Below are positions 46,329 to 57,077 of a stretch of 64,000 nucleotides of DNA, piece by piece. The stretch lies in contig SORU01000005.1 in the NCBI GenBank assembly GCA_004402915.1, positions 7,559 through 71,558 on the forward strand, in the 5' to 3' direction. Numbering within the stretch: position 1 is the stretch's first letter; each line of letters starts with the position of its first letter. A program made the translations under genes and the position numbers. Source of the DNA: Fidelibacterota bacterium MT.SAG.2. GTDB taxonomy: Bacteria; Fidelibacterota; SORT01. The notes beneath the pieces were generated by a model. That model saw only the letters and a program-made list of their open reading frames with translations, was not told the DNA's origin and ran no database searches.

Positions 46329-46667
46329 ATGGGTTTAGAGACAATTAAATTGAAAGAGTTGGAAGGTAAGGCAAAAAATATTTACGAGGCGATAGTCGTA
46401 ATGGCAAAACGGGCGCGTCATCTTAATAATAAGAGACTTGCCGATAAAGAAGAGATAATGGATGGCAATGATGAAACGGAGGAGTTCATACCGGAACCGA
46501 TCGTGCCTACCAATACGGAAAGAGAAGTCAAAGTCGCTACAATAGCGTTAGATGAGTTCCTTGCAGGTGAGGTTGAATTTAGTTACGTAGAGCCGATGCC
46601 GATGGAAGGCGAAAAATTACCGACGGAATCTGACGGTGAAGAAGAAGGCTCCAAAAAAGCGGAATAA
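46329..46667 (+). CDS. rpoZ: DNA-directed RNA polymerase subunit omega
   Basis: NIYEAIVVMAKRARHLN is present, and the position after gmk is conserved. Confidence 0.8.
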   Translation: MGLETIKLKELEGKAKNIYEAIVVMAKRARHLNNKRLADKEEIMDGNDETEEFIPEPIVPTNTEREVKVATIALDEFLAGEVEFSYVEPMPMEGEKLPTESDGEEEGSKKAE

Positions 46668-47874
46668 CGCCTTGAAGTTCAAAGGACAAAAAATAATGCT
46701 TGGTATTACCGGTGGAATCGCTATATACAAATCGGCATCTCTTTTAAGAGAGCTGACATTCGAGCATGGAGCGGATGTACAGGTTATTATGACCGACTCC
46801 GCTTTGAAATTCATGTCCCCTTTGATTTTTGAAACTTTCAGCGGTAAGCCGGTTTGGACGAGCATGTTCAGCGACAAAGAGATGGTTGGTGTCAGGCATG
46901 TAGAGATTTCCAAATGGGCTGATGCCGTTCTTATATCTCCGGCGACAGCAAATATAATCGGGAAGGCTGCTAACGGAATAGCGGATGATCTTCTCTCAAC
47001 AGTTATTAGCGGTGCCGGAACAAAAACAATTTTCGCCGCTGCTATGGAAACGGGAATGTATGAAAATCCCATAATGCAACAAAATATTAAACGCCTGAAA
47101 GATGCAGGATTCGGATTTATAGACCCTGAATCGGGACCGCTTGCCTCGGGAGAAAGCGGTGTAGGTAGATTAGCGGAGAGTCGTGTGATAGTTCATTCAC
47201 TTCTTACCCATCTGAAATCAGGCAGATTAAGAGGCAAAAAGATACTTGTTTCAGCGGGACCTACAAGAGAATGGATAGATCCGGTTCGTTTTATTTCAAA
47301 TCCCTCTACTGGCAGAATGGGGTTCTCATTGGCGGAAGCCGCCTCAGCGGAAGGAGCGGATGTCATAGTGATCAGCGGACCAACTGAAGTAGCAAGCCCG
47401 GTGGGAGCGGAACTGATAAAAGTCTCGACCGCCGAAGAGATGAAAAATGCGATAGTCGAAAAGTTCGCGGAGAGCGATGCACTCGTTATGTCCGCCGCGG
47501 TCGGAGATTATACTTATCCGGAAGCGGGCAGCGAGAAATTGAAGAAAAACGGCAGTGACCTCAGGCTGAATCTGAAAAGAACCGATGATATACTTAAAGC
47601 TATAAGTGGTGATAAGGGTGATAAGGTCATAGTCGGCTTCAGCGTTGAGACCGAAAACATAATTGAAAATTCAAAGCTGAAACTTCATGAAAAATCTATG
47701 GATTTTATAGTTGTGAACAATCCTAAGGAAAATGGAGCGGCGTTCGGTCATGACACGAACAAAGTTTCGATAATCGATCGAAAGGGAAGTGTAGAAGAGT
47801 TGGAATTGATGAGCAAGGGTGAACTCTCGACTCTGATTATAGACAAGGTATCAAAATTACTTAGCGGGAGTTAA
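46636..47874 (+). CDS. coaBC: bifunctional phosphopantothenoylcysteine decarboxylase/synthetase CoaBC
   Basis: FKGQKIMLGITGGIAIYK and the ...ISNPSTGRMG motifs are present. Confidence 0.92.
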   Translation: MKKKAPKKRNNALKFKGQKIMLGITGGIAIYKSASLLRELTFEHGADVQVIMTDSALKFMSPLIFETFSGKPVWTSMFSDKEMVGVRHVEISKWADAVLISPATANIIGKAANGIADDLLSTVISGAGTKTIFAAAMETGMYENPIMQQNIKRLKDAGFGFIDPESGPLASGESGVGRLAESRVIVHSLLTHLKSGRLRGKKILVSAGPTREWIDPVRFISNPSTGRMGFSLAEAASAEGADVIVISGPTEVASPVGAELIKVSTAEEMKNAIVEKFAESDALVMSAAVGDYTYPEAGSEKLKKNGSDLRLNLKRTDDILKAISGDKGDKVIVGFSVETENIIENSKLKLHEKSMDFIVVNNPKENGAAFGHDTNKVSIIDRKGSVEELELMSKGELSTLIIDKVSKLLSGS

Positions 47875-47877
47875 TTC

Positions 47878-48576
47878 TTGGAAGATCCGTTTGAAGCGAG
47901 CGCGGCAGCTTATCTAAGACAGCAGGCTGAGATATATGGAATGGAATTGCCTTTAGACGGCAAACTTCTCAAGAATCCACCTTCTAACGGAAATAAAGCA
48001 ACTTCAAAAGATCTTGAATCATTTTATAACGAAATAAAAGAATGCCAACTTTGCCCTCTCGGAACCACGCGGACTAAATTCGTATTCGGAGTGGGCAATC
48101 CCAACGCAGACCTGATGCTCATCGGAGAAGCTCCGGGCAGAAATGAAGACTTGCAGGGCGAACCGTTCGTAGGCAGAGCAGGTCAATTGTTAGATAAGAT
48201 CTTGGCAGCTATCAAACTTTCGCGTGAAGAAGTTTACATTGCAAACGTTCTGAAATGCAGACCGCCTAACAACCGCGACCCCTTAAAATCTGAATCCGAC
48301 ACTTGCCAACCTTACCTAAAACAGCAGATAGAGCTAATTAAACCTAAATTGATATTGGCTCTCGGGCGAGTTTCAGGAGCATGGTTATTAGGAGAAGATC
48401 TTGCTTTGAAGGATATGCGCAACAAATCTTATATATACAACGGTATTGAAATGATGGTAACTTATCATCCGGCGGCGCTCTTGCGTAATCCGAATTGGAA
48501 GAGACCTTGTTGGGAGGATATGCAAAAGGTAAGAGACCGGATTTTGGCGCTGACACAACCACAGGGACTTGTGTAA
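47878..48576 (+). CDS. uracil-DNA glycosylase, family 4
   Basis: CQLCPL...[32 protein letters not shown] is present. Confidence 0.88.
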   Translation: MEDPFEASAAAYLRQQAEIYGMELPLDGKLLKNPPSNGNKATSKDLESFYNEIKECQLCPLGTTRTKFVFGVGNPNADLMLIGEAPGRNEDLQGEPFVGRAGQLLDKILAAIKLSREEVYIANVLKCRPPNNRDPLKSESDTCQPYLKQQIELIKPKLILALGRVSGAWLLGEDLALKDMRNKSYIYNGIEMMVTYHPAALLRNPNWKRPCWEDMQKVRDRILALTQPQGLV

Positions 48577-49956
48577 ATGACTGATTCAAAAAATCTTAAC
48601 GAGAGAATTCCACCACATTCGAGGGAAGCTGAGGAATCGGTACTCGGAGCTATGATGATGAGTAAAGAAGCGACATTCAAAGCTTTCGAGAAATTATGGG
48701 ATGCTTCTATCTTCTACTTCGACATCCATAGATATATTTTTGAGGCAATGAGAGATCTTTTTAACGATGCACTACCGATCGACCAGATCACCGTTTCAGA
48801 CAAATTAAAACAGCAGGATCGCTTGGAAAAAGTAGGTGGGACCTATTATGTCACAGGTTTATTGGATAGCACACCTTCTGTTTCCAACGTCAACTTCCAT
48901 ATAAACATTATTATTGCAAAAGCTCTGCTTCGTCAACTTATCTCGCTCGGAGTGACAATGACCACGGACGGTTATAACGATTCAAAGAGCGCCACCGATC
49001 TCATAGAACTCTATGAACAAAAGATATATCAGTTGACCGAGGGCAGATGGGAGAGCTCTTTCAGACCTATAGAACCGATCATCAATGAAACGATGGAACG
49101 TATAGATAAATTAGCGAATATTAAAGGCAATCTGTCAGGAATTCCTACAGGATATACCGACCTTGATAAAAAAACGGCAGGATTTCAGGATACCAACTTG
49201 ATCATTATAGCAGCGCGACCGTCGATGGGGAAAACGGCTCTTGCTCTTTCGATGGCAAAAAATATGGCTCTTGTTTCAAATAAGTCTGTAGGGTTTTTCA
49301 GCCTTGAGATGTCGGCGCAGGAGATAGCATTACGTTTGCTATGCATGGAAGCGAAAGTAAGTTCACATGATGTGATGATGAATAAAATTTCCGACCAGCA
49401 GCGTCAGCTCCTCACAAGCGCAAGCAGCAAACTTTTCAAATCACCTATCTTCATAGATGATACTCCCGGCATAAGCCCCTTGGAATTACGGGCTAAGGCA
49501 AGGAGGCTGAAATCAGAACATGATATAGGAATATTTTTTGTGGATTATCTTCAACTTATGTCAGGTGTCGGAAATACGGAAAACCGACAGCAGGAAATTT
49601 CTATGATCTCCCGATCGTTGAAGGCGACTGCTAAGGAACTCAATGTTCCCATAGTGGCGCTTTCTCAACTCTCCAGGGCACCTGAACAGAGAGGAGCAAA
49701 AGACAGGAGACCCCAACTCTCTGATCTTAGGGAGAGCGGCGCATTGGAACAAGATGCGGATGTTGTGTTGTTCATATATCGGGAGGATATGTATGAACGT
49801 TATGAAGAGGGATATCAACAACAGAAGGAAGACACCGCGGAGATCATTATCGGGAAGCAGCGTAACGGACCTACCGGAACTATATATCTCACTTTCCTGA
49901 GTGAATACGCGCGGTTTGAAAATAGGAGTATGGATCTCGCACCATCTCCTTATTAA
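48577..49956 (+). CDS. dnaB: replicative DNA helicase DnaB
   Basis: PPHSREAEESVLG, ARPSMGKTA and SQLSR motifs are present. Confidence 0.95.
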   Translation: MTDSKNLNERIPPHSREAEESVLGAMMMSKEATFKAFEKLWDASIFYFDIHRYIFEAMRDLFNDALPIDQITVSDKLKQQDRLEKVGGTYYVTGLLDSTPSVSNVNFHINIIIAKALLRQLISLGVTMTTDGYNDSKSATDLIELYEQKIYQLTEGRWESSFRPIEPIINETMERIDKLANIKGNLSGIPTGYTDLDKKTAGFQDTNLIIIAARPSMGKTALALSMAKNMALVSNKSVGFFSLEMSAQEIALRLLCMEAKVSSHDVMMNKISDQQRQLLTSASSKLFKSPIFIDDTPGISPLELRAKARRLKSEHDIGIFFVDYLQLMSGVGNTENRQQEISMISRSLKATAKELNVPIVALSQLSRAPEQRGAKDRRPQLSDLRESGALEQDADVVLFIYREDMYERYEEGYQQQKEDTAEIIIGKQRNGPTGTIYLTFLSEYARFENRSMDLAPSPY

Positions 49957-49968
49957 GGCAATCTTATT

Positions 49969-52149
49969 ATGATACAGGTGTTTGAAGCGATAGAAAAACG
50001 GATTAAACCGAAATATCCGAGAAAATTCCGTAAACTTCTCAATAGCACCGCCTATACAATAAGCTCTGAGGATCAAGAATTTCTGTGGAACGCTTATACC
50101 TTTGCCCGCAGAGCGCATAAGGGACAATTACGCCTTTCGGGTGAGCCTTACTTCGAGCATTGTTATCAAACCGCTCTGAATCTCGCTAAAATGAATATGG
50201 ACAAGGTCACACTTGCCGGCGGTTTGCTGCATGACGTATTAGAGGATGCCGAGGTAACCATTGAAGATATAACTGAGGAGTTTGGTGATGAAGTCAGCCT
50301 TCTGGTAAAAGGTGTCACCAAAATTTCCGAATTGGATTATAAGAGCAGTGAGGAGAAACAAGCAGGGAACTTCAGAAAGTTACTCTTTTCCGTTATAGAA
50401 GATATAAGAGTTATACTGATAAAATTTGCGGATAGGCTTCATAACATGAATACTCTCGAATATCTTCCCGAATCCAAAGCTAAGCGTATCGCGCTTGAAA
50501 CTCGTGATATTTATGCGCCGCTTGCGCACAGGCTCGGAATGGGTAAGGTGAAATGGGAGCTTGAAGATCTCGCGCTGAAAGCGTTAGATCCGGAAGCATA
50601 TAAAAGCATAGATAAAAAGGTAAAAGATAGACGCGGCGAAAGGGAGCGTTACATACAGAAGGTTGCAAAACCGCTCAAAGTCAAACTCAAACAGGAAAAT
50701 ATCAAAGCGGAGATCTCCGGCAGACCTAAACATTTTTACAGCATCCATGGGAAGATGGCACGCCGTCAAAAACCGTTTGAGGAGATATACGATCTTTTTG
50801 CGATAAGGATCATAGTAGATTCGGTATCTGAGTGTTATGCCACCTTGGGTTTTGTCCATTCGATGCATAAACCGGTCGCTGAAAGGTTTAAGGATTTCAT
50901 AGCTATCCCGAAGGCTAACGGATATCAATCGATCCATACTACCATAGTCGGACCGGGTGGAAGGATGGTGGAAGTACAAATTCGTACACATGAGATGGAT
51001 CGAACCGCTGAGGACGGTATAGCGGCTCATTGGCGCTATAAAGAGGGCAAGGGTGAAGAGGAGGATCTCGATCAATACATGAACTGGTTGAAAGAACTCA
51101 TTGAAACACTTCAGAGCGATGATAGTGACCCGTCCGAATTTTTAACCTCCCTGAAGATAGATCTTTTTAAAGATGAGATCTTTGCTTTCACTCCCAAGGG
51201 AGAACTGATTCAATTACCTATCGGCTCCACTCCTGTGGATTTCGCCTATGCAGTACATACGGAGGTTGGTAATCACTGTATAGGAGCAAAAGTCAGCGGA
51301 AAGATGGTACCTCTCAACACTCAACTTTCCAGCGGTGATTCGGTTGAGATTTTGACCAGTGATTCTCAAACACCTAATCCAGCTCACCTTAAGTTCGTTA
51401 AAACGGGAAAGGCGAGATCAAGGATCAAACGCTGGGAAAAAATGGAACGGCGCGAGCAAGCTGTCAAGCTTGGAAGAGAGATAATTGAAAAGCAGTTCAA
51501 GCGGAAGAAAATACCGAAAATAAATAAAAAACTCGAACAAGTATTGGAGTCAACGAAATTCACATCTTTAGAAGAACTTTACTCCGCTGTCGGTTTAGGC
51601 AATTTTGCCATAGAAAAACTGTTGAATATAGTTCTTCCTCCCGAAATCAAAGAGAAGCATAAAACTAAAGAGAAGAGTAAAAAGAGTTTTTTCGAGCTGG
51701 CGCGCAGGCGCGTAAAAGGGGTTAGAGTTCAGGGTATAGACAACATCATGATAAATTTCGGAAAATGTTGTCAACCGATCCCCGGTGATGAGATAGTCGG
51801 TTTTATTACGAAAGGAAAAGGCGTAATCATACATCGTGTCGATTGTAAGGATTCAGCACACCTCTTCAGTTCTCAGGAAAGGACGATCGAAGTAGAATGG
51901 GATACGGGTAAGAAGGATGAATTTCTTGTCCGTTTACAGATACAAGCGAGGGAAAGGAAGCATTTCTTGCGTGATCTGACAGAAAGCATATCCACTACAA
52001 ACACGAATATACTCAGTCTTGATTTAGAGGTTATGGATGAAATAGCAAGCGTGAAATTGTTAGTGCAGGTGAAGGATTTAAAACATTTTAACAACGTACG
52101 CAAAAAAATAGGCGATATATCTGGAATTATTGGAGTTGAAAGGGGATAA
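49969..52149 (+). CDS. bifunctional (p)ppGpp synthetase/hydrolase, RelA/SpoT family
   Basis: An HD domain (LLHDVLED), a synthetase domain (YQSIHT), and TGS and ACT regions are present in 726 aa. Confidence 0.93.
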   Translation: MIQVFEAIEKRIKPKYPRKFRKLLNSTAYTISSEDQEFLWNAYTFARRAHKGQLRLSGEPYFEHCYQTALNLAKMNMDKVTLAGGLLHDVLEDAEVTIEDITEEFGDEVSLLVKGVTKISELDYKSSEEKQAGNFRKLLFSVIEDIRVILIKFADRLHNMNTLEYLPESKAKRIALETRDIYAPLAHRLGMGKVKWELEDLALKALDPEAYKSIDKKVKDRRGERERYIQKVAKPLKVKLKQENIKAEISGRPKHFYSIHGKMARRQKPFEEIYDLFAIRIIVDSVSECYATLGFVHSMHKPVAERFKDFIAIPKANGYQSIHTTIVGPGGRMVEVQIRTHEMDRTAEDGIAAHWRYKEGKGEEEDLDQYMNWLKELIETLQSDDSDPSEFLTSLKIDLFKDEIFAFTPKGELIQLPIGSTPVDFAYAVHTEVGNHCIGAKVSGKMVPLNTQLSSGDSVEILTSDSQTPNPAHLKFVKTGKARSRIKRWEKMERREQAVKLGREIIEKQFKRKKIPKINKKLEQVLESTKFTSLEELYSAVGLGNFAIEKLLNIVLPPEIKEKHKTKEKSKKSFFELARRRVKGVRVQGIDNIMINFGKCCQPIPGDEIVGFITKGKGVIIHRVDCKDSAHLFSSQERTIEVEWDTGKKDEFLVRLQIQARERKHFLRDLTESISTTNTNILSLDLEVMDEIASVKLLVQVKDLKHFNNVRKKIGDISGIIGVERG

Positions 52150-52228
52150 TTTAGAGCTTGAAGCTGATGAACTTGTTATTTATCTTAAACTTACATATAA
52201 ATGCAATAATTATAATAAGGAATGAGCG

Positions 52229-52552
52229 ATGAGTTCAATTACCTATACCAAGAGGGATGTCGCCAGAAGCACTGCGAGGAAGCTCGGGTTAAAGATTTAC
52301 ATGGTCGAGGAAATTGTTGATGGTGTATTTACGACACTGAGAGAAATGATGAGTAAGGATGTGCCGTCCATCAGAATTGAGGTAAGGAATTTCGGAGTTT
52401 TTGAAGTGAAACCTACTAAGGCAAAACCTAAAGCAAGAAATCCCAGAACTAATGAAATAATTCATGTTCCTCCAAGAAGAAAGACTCACTTCAGACCCGG
52501 TAAATTACTGAAAACATCCCTAAGGAAGCCCTTAGATACATTACAAGGCTAA
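52229..52552 (+). CDS. HU/IHF family DNA-binding protein
   Basis: The 107-aa protein contains FGVFEVKPTKAKPKARNPRTNEIIHVPPRRKTHFRPG, the beta-arm pattern. Confidence 0.8.
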   Translation: MSSITYTKRDVARSTARKLGLKIYMVEEIVDGVFTTLREMMSKDVPSIRIEVRNFGVFEVKPTKAKPKARNPRTNEIIHVPPRRKTHFRPGKLLKTSLRKPLDTLQG

Positions 52553-52613
52553 CCCGCATCGTTCTATTCAGCTCTTCGTACTACTCGGTCGGAGCGCCTG
52601 CGAAACACACATT

Positions 52614-53051
52614 TTGAGAGACCCGGGAAGAATTTTAAGTATAGATTATGGCGAAAAGAGGGTAGGACTTGCCATAACAGACCCTCTGGCTATAACGGCA
52701 CGCGGATTCCAAACGCTTATCAATAAGGATAGAATAGGAATTCTAACAGCTCTCGTTGATATAATCAGTTCAAATGAGATAAAAAAAATTGTCATAGGTA
52801 TTCCTTATTCGTTAGATGGCTCGATCGGGCAAATGGCGGAAAGAGTAAAGAAATTCAGCGAGGAACTTTCGACCAAAACTGATGTTGAAATTGAGGAGTG
52901 GCCGGAGGAGTACTCTTCGGAAGACGCAAAAATAGAATTAAGAAAATTAGGCGTTGATTTCAGGAAAGATAAGGGAAAAGTGGATAGGATGGCTGCGGCG
53001 TTGATATTGCGTTCATATTTGAACGCTCAACCGTTGACGGAGTCGCTTTAG
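52614..53051 (+). CDS. ruvX: Holliday junction resolvase-like RuvX/YqgF
   Basis: ILSIDYGEKRVGLAITD and the C-terminal AAALILRSYL are present. The start codon is TTG. Confidence 0.88.
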   Translation: MRDPGRILSIDYGEKRVGLAITDPLAITARGFQTLINKDRIGILTALVDIISSNEIKKIVIGIPYSLDGSIGQMAERVKKFSEELSTKTDVEIEEWPEEYSSEDAKIELRKLGVDFRKDKGKVDRMAAALILRSYLNAQPLTESL

Positions 53052-53058
53052 ACACATC

Positions 53059-54624
53059 ATGGCGGAGACTCTTCCATCCGATCCAGAACAAAATAAGCAG
53101 GAAAAACGGATAGATTTCGCATTATTGGGGTTCTATGCGTTGCTGTTCGGAGCGGCGTTTCCACCCTTTAATCACGGTTATTTTGCATGGATAGCGTTTA
53201 TCCCTTATCTATTCTTTCTTGAGAGAAATCTTGGAAATAATAATTTCAAAAGAAATTTTGCCGCCGGTTTTCTGTTTAATCTTATCATAATCTACTGGAT
53301 CGGGCTAAACTCGGGAGCCATGATGCCGATAGCGGTTTTGACGCTCTTCGGCTCTCTGATAGTGCTCGCTCTCTGGTTCTCTTTATTCGGGTGGGTAATC
53401 GCACGAATTTGGAAGAGATGGGGGGAGAAAACCATTTGGGCTGTTCCTTTTATCTGGGTTGGGATTGAGTTCATACGGAGTCATGGCTCGCTTGCATTTC
53501 CATGGACCATGGTTGCAAACACTCAAACTTATTATATTTCGCTTATACAGATTTCAGCGATAACGGGTGCGTGGGGCGTATCATTGTTCGTTATGTTTGC
53601 TAACGTCTTGGGTTACAAGGCTCTGAAATCCATCAGCACGCCTAAAAAAGCGACAGGTTTTGCGGTAGCGGCAATTGTAACAATTGTGCTTCCATGGACT
53701 TACGGAATTATTGTGTTGGACGGAGCGGACGAGCACCTTGCGAGCATCGATAACAGGATCAGTGTCAGCATAGTTCAGCCGAATCTCGACCCGAAAGTAA
53801 AGTGGGATAGATCAAAAAGAGATAACGTTTACAGACTTTACGGGGACATGCATTATAAAGCGGGAGAGAGTGAACCGGATCTTATTATTTGGCCTGAAAC
53901 AGCCACCCCCGCTTATCTTCGATCCAACCGGGACGGAAGATTCGATCAGGTTCTTTCATTTGTCGATTCGATTAAGGTACCGCTGTTGACCGGGACTCTG
54001 GATTACAAATACATTGATGATATAAAGTTCAAAAAGTACAACTCATCATTTCTCCTGCTTCCCGGTTCAAGGGAGATCGAAAGGTATCATAAGATGCGTC
54101 TTGTTCCCTTTGCTGAAAAAGTGCCGTTCGAGGATCGGTTTCCGATTTTATCGAACATCGACCTTGGACAGGCAAATTTTTCAAGTGGAGAAGAGTATAA
54201 AGTATTTGACGTAAAAGGGAAGAAATTTTCGGTACAAATATGCTTTGAATCCACATTCCCTTCTCTCAGCAGGAATTTCGTTAATAACGGGGCAGAGATG
54301 TTGATAATAATTACCAATGACGCATGGTTCGGCAATTCGTCTCAACCTTATCAACATGCTCAGATAGCTGTCATGAGGGCGGTGGAGAACCGCCGCGCCA
54401 TAGCGAGAAGCGCAAATACCGGTGTATCTGAACTCATAGGACCGTATGGCCGAATAATAAAATCGCTCCCTTTCAATGAGAGAGGCATTATCTCAGGCGT
54501 GATTCCACTGATGACAGAAAAAACGTTCTATGTCAGATATGGTGATTATTTGGGTTGGATAACCGCGGCATTCACTCTTTTGCTGTTCGGATTTACCTGG
54601 ATAAAAGATTCAAAGAATGAATAA
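53059..54624 (+). CDS. lnt: apolipoprotein N-acyltransferase
   Basis: N-terminal TM helices are followed by a CN-hydrolase domain with the ICFESTFP catalytic Cys context. Confidence 0.9.
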   Translation: MAETLPSDPEQNKQEKRIDFALLGFYALLFGAAFPPFNHGYFAWIAFIPYLFFLERNLGNNNFKRNFAAGFLFNLIIIYWIGLNSGAMMPIAVLTLFGSLIVLALWFSLFGWVIARIWKRWGEKTIWAVPFIWVGIEFIRSHGSLAFPWTMVANTQTYYISLIQISAITGAWGVSLFVMFANVLGYKALKSISTPKKATGFAVAAIVTIVLPWTYGIIVLDGADEHLASIDNRISVSIVQPNLDPKVKWDRSKRDNVYRLYGDMHYKAGESEPDLIIWPETATPAYLRSNRDGRFDQVLSFVDSIKVPLLTGTLDYKYIDDIKFKKYNSSFLLLPGSREIERYHKMRLVPFAEKVPFEDRFPILSNIDLGQANFSSGEEYKVFDVKGKKFSVQICFESTFPSLSRNFVNNGAEMLIIITNDAWFGNSSQPYQHAQIAVMRAVENRRAIARSANTGVSELIGPYGRIIKSLPFNERGIISGVIPLMTEKTFYVRYGDYLGWITAAFTLLLFGFTWIKDSKNE

Positions 54625-55219
54625 ACAGAATATCAATATTTTATTGTTTGCGATACTCTTTCCAATTGCGATCTTATCAGCCCAAAGAACGATTCCGAGT
54701 AACATGTCGTTTGCAAACGAATCTATCAAAAAATCCCTGAAAGAATTGAATATATCTGAAGAACTTCATTCCAATAAATCGTATCACATTCAGAGATCGA
54801 AGTCAGACAACCTTTCAGCCTTTCTGTCAGATGTAGTTTCCGAATATTTGGAAGAGGGTGGACATAAAACTGTTTTTAACGGTCATGGTGATAATCCGGA
54901 GACTGATTTACTGATACGGATAATTGAACCGATACTCGACTTGGACGTTAAAGGTGGTAAAAGAACAGTTGCCGGGGAGTTTACTATTTTGTTATATTCG
55001 GTTGAAGCGGGCGAAATAAATTGGGGAAAGGAGTATTCGGTGATAATTGCAGCGGAAGACAATGTCGGTGAGAAGAGCGCACAATATTTAAATAGCATGG
55101 CTCCGGGGTTTCTCCGTATAGAAAAAAAAGCTGTTTTTTCCGGTAAAAAATTAGAAAAAGTTCTCGCGCTGACTGTCGCGGGAATCATTACATATTTGTT
55201 TTATTCAATAAGGGGATAA
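54617..55219 (+). CDS. hypothetical protein (signal peptide, C-terminal TM helix)
   Basis: The ORF overlaps the lnt stop. No family was recognised. Confidence 0.4.
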   Translation: MNKQNINILLFAILFPIAILSAQRTIPSNMSFANESIKKSLKELNISEELHSNKSYHIQRSKSDNLSAFLSDVVSEYLEEGGHKTVFNGHGDNPETDLLIRIIEPILDLDVKGGKRTVAGEFTILLYSVEAGEINWGKEYSVIIAAEDNVGEKSAQYLNSMAPGFLRIEKKAVFSGKKLEKVLALTVAGIITYLFYSIRG

Positions 55220-55223
55220 GAGA

Positions 55224-55976
55224 TTGAGGATAGTTGGTCATTCACTTTTGATTTTCAGTGTTCAGCTCGGATTGGGAGTTTCGGACTTATCCGGTTCCGA
55301 GAGAGTAATTGAATCTCGTATACCCATAGGATTTCTTCAGGAGGTAAGCAACAGCGTCAGGGTTCAACATCAATCAGAGCTGTTGAATCCACCGGTTGCC
55401 GGTCGGTTCGTTCCGCAAAACGGTGCAGCCCGGATATCAAAACGGAAGGCGATCTTTATGTCGATGCTGTTACCCGGATTGGGAGAACGTTCAGTAGGGA
55501 GTTACCGATCGGCAAAACTGTTTTACAGTAGTGAATCGAGTCTATGGTTCTCTCTATTTATATTTCAAAAAAGGAAAGAATGGAAAAGAGAGGATTACCA
55601 AACCTATGCAGCCGCGAGAGCGGGTGTGAATAATGAAGGAAAGAACGACCAATTTTATTCCGACGTAAGTAATTTTTCCGATGTAGACGAATTCAATGCT
55701 GCCATCCGAAGAAGCAGAGAACCGGAAAGCGTTTATAACGGCGCCGATGAACGGTGGAGTTGGGGCACCGAAGAGGAGAGACTGAAATTCAAATCATTGA
55801 AATTAGAGAGTGACAATGCGGGTCAAAATATAAAACGAATTATCGGAGCAATGCTCGTCAACAGAATATTTAGCGTAATGAATACGATCTATCGCTATAA
55901 TAAGTTGGAATCACCAGCCACTTTGAGCTTGGATATTGGAAATTTCACCGAACTGTCGTTGACAGCTAAATTCTGA
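55224..55976 (+). CDS. hypothetical membrane-associated protein
   Basis: The ORF follows the previous gene by 4 nt and has a hydrophobic stretch, MSMLLPGLGER...LWFSLFIF. No family was recognised. Confidence 0.4.
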   Translation: MRIVGHSLLIFSVQLGLGVSDLSGSERVIESRIPIGFLQEVSNSVRVQHQSELLNPPVAGRFVPQNGAARISKRKAIFMSMLLPGLGERSVGSYRSAKLFYSSESSLWFSLFIFQKRKEWKREDYQTYAAARAGVNNEGKNDQFYSDVSNFSDVDEFNAAIRRSREPESVYNGADERWSWGTEEERLKFKSLKLESDNAGQNIKRIIGAMLVNRIFSVMNTIYRYNKLESPATLSLDIGNFTELSLTAKF

Positions 55977-57021
55977 TCTTCCCGCCTGACAAAATAACTT
56001 TTTCATCTATAGTAACTTTAGGCCGTAGTAAAATTCCGTCAAGATGGCTTCCGACATCACAAGTTCCTCCCATGGTAAGATTATTTCCGAGCGCTATGTG
56101 AACGGTTCCAAGTATCTTTTCATCTTCTAACACTTTCCCGGTCAATTTTGCCTTGGGATTGGTTCCGATGCCGAACTCGGCGATATTGCGCCCCATTTTG
56201 CCGAACGGAGCAAGTAGCTTTCGAAGCAGTCGGGCTTCTCTGTTACCAAGTATTTTCGTTACGAAACCTTTGGAAACATACATCTTGATGGGTTTCTTAA
56301 TGATGCCGGATTGACCCATTGAGCCGTCTACGACTAGAATTCCCTCGGCGCTGCCTTCAACCGGCGCAAGAAATGCCTCGCCCGCCGGAATATTGCATGT
56401 CATCCCGGGTTCGGTTACGAAGCCTGTATCGGCAATCCCCTTTTTCCCTTTTATGGTCAGTCGAAGGTCTGTCCCCGCAGGGGTTGTAATATGAACATTG
56501 CTTCCGATAGTGAGAATATCAGTCATCTTATTGGTTATTCGCGCCATTTTTTGCATATCGACATTACCTGCCCGGGCAAGCATCTCCTCTGTGACTCCCG
56601 GAAGAGTTATGGTTCTCGCACCCCTTTTGCTGGCAGCTCTGCGAGCGTTGGTATGGGTCAATGATTTCGAAGTCGGACAGATCAGTACATCGACGTCTTT
56701 CATAAGTTTTGCAATCACTTCAGGAGGTTCCTCTCCGTCGGTCTTACCGGGGATGATATCAACGAGCATTGATTGAGCTTTTAGTTTTTGAGCTTTTTCA
56801 TGAAACATTATACCGATATGCCTCTTGTGAACATCAGTAATTACGAGCACTGTTTCACCCTTTTTAACGGCAAGAGAACTACGTAAAGCAGTATCGATTG
56901 CGTCTGATAATTTTTTCAACTTCTTCCCTACTAAATGAATTCGTTTCGCTTCGCTAAAATTAGAATAGATAACCAACTGATTATGGGGAAGAAAGTCAAG
57001 GGATATTTCTCTGACCCACAT
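55966..57021 (-). CDS. M29 family aminopeptidase (PepS/AmpS-like)
   Basis: NIPAGEAFLAPV...EFGIGTNP...LEDEKILGTVHIALGNN is present. Confidence 0.75.
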   Translation of the reverse strand: MWVREISLDFLPHNQLVIYSNFSEAKRIHLVGKKLKKLSDAIDTALRSSLAVKKGETVLVITDVHKRHIGIMFHEKAQKLKAQSMLVDIIPGKTDGEEPPEVIAKLMKDVDVLICPTSKSLTHTNARRAASKRGARTITLPGVTEEMLARAGNVDMQKMARITNKMTDILTIGSNVHITTPAGTDLRLTIKGKKGIADTGFVTEPGMTCNIPAGEAFLAPVEGSAEGILVVDGSMGQSGIIKKPIKMYVSKGFVTKILGNREARLLRKLLAPFGKMGRNIAEFGIGTNPKAKLTGKVLEDEKILGTVHIALGNNLTMGGTCDVGSHLDGILLRPKVTIDEKVILSGGKIRI

Positions 57022-57077
57022 GGTAAATCAAGAGATTTGTGAAAATTTTGAACTGAGCGTGGGTATAAAAACCTGAA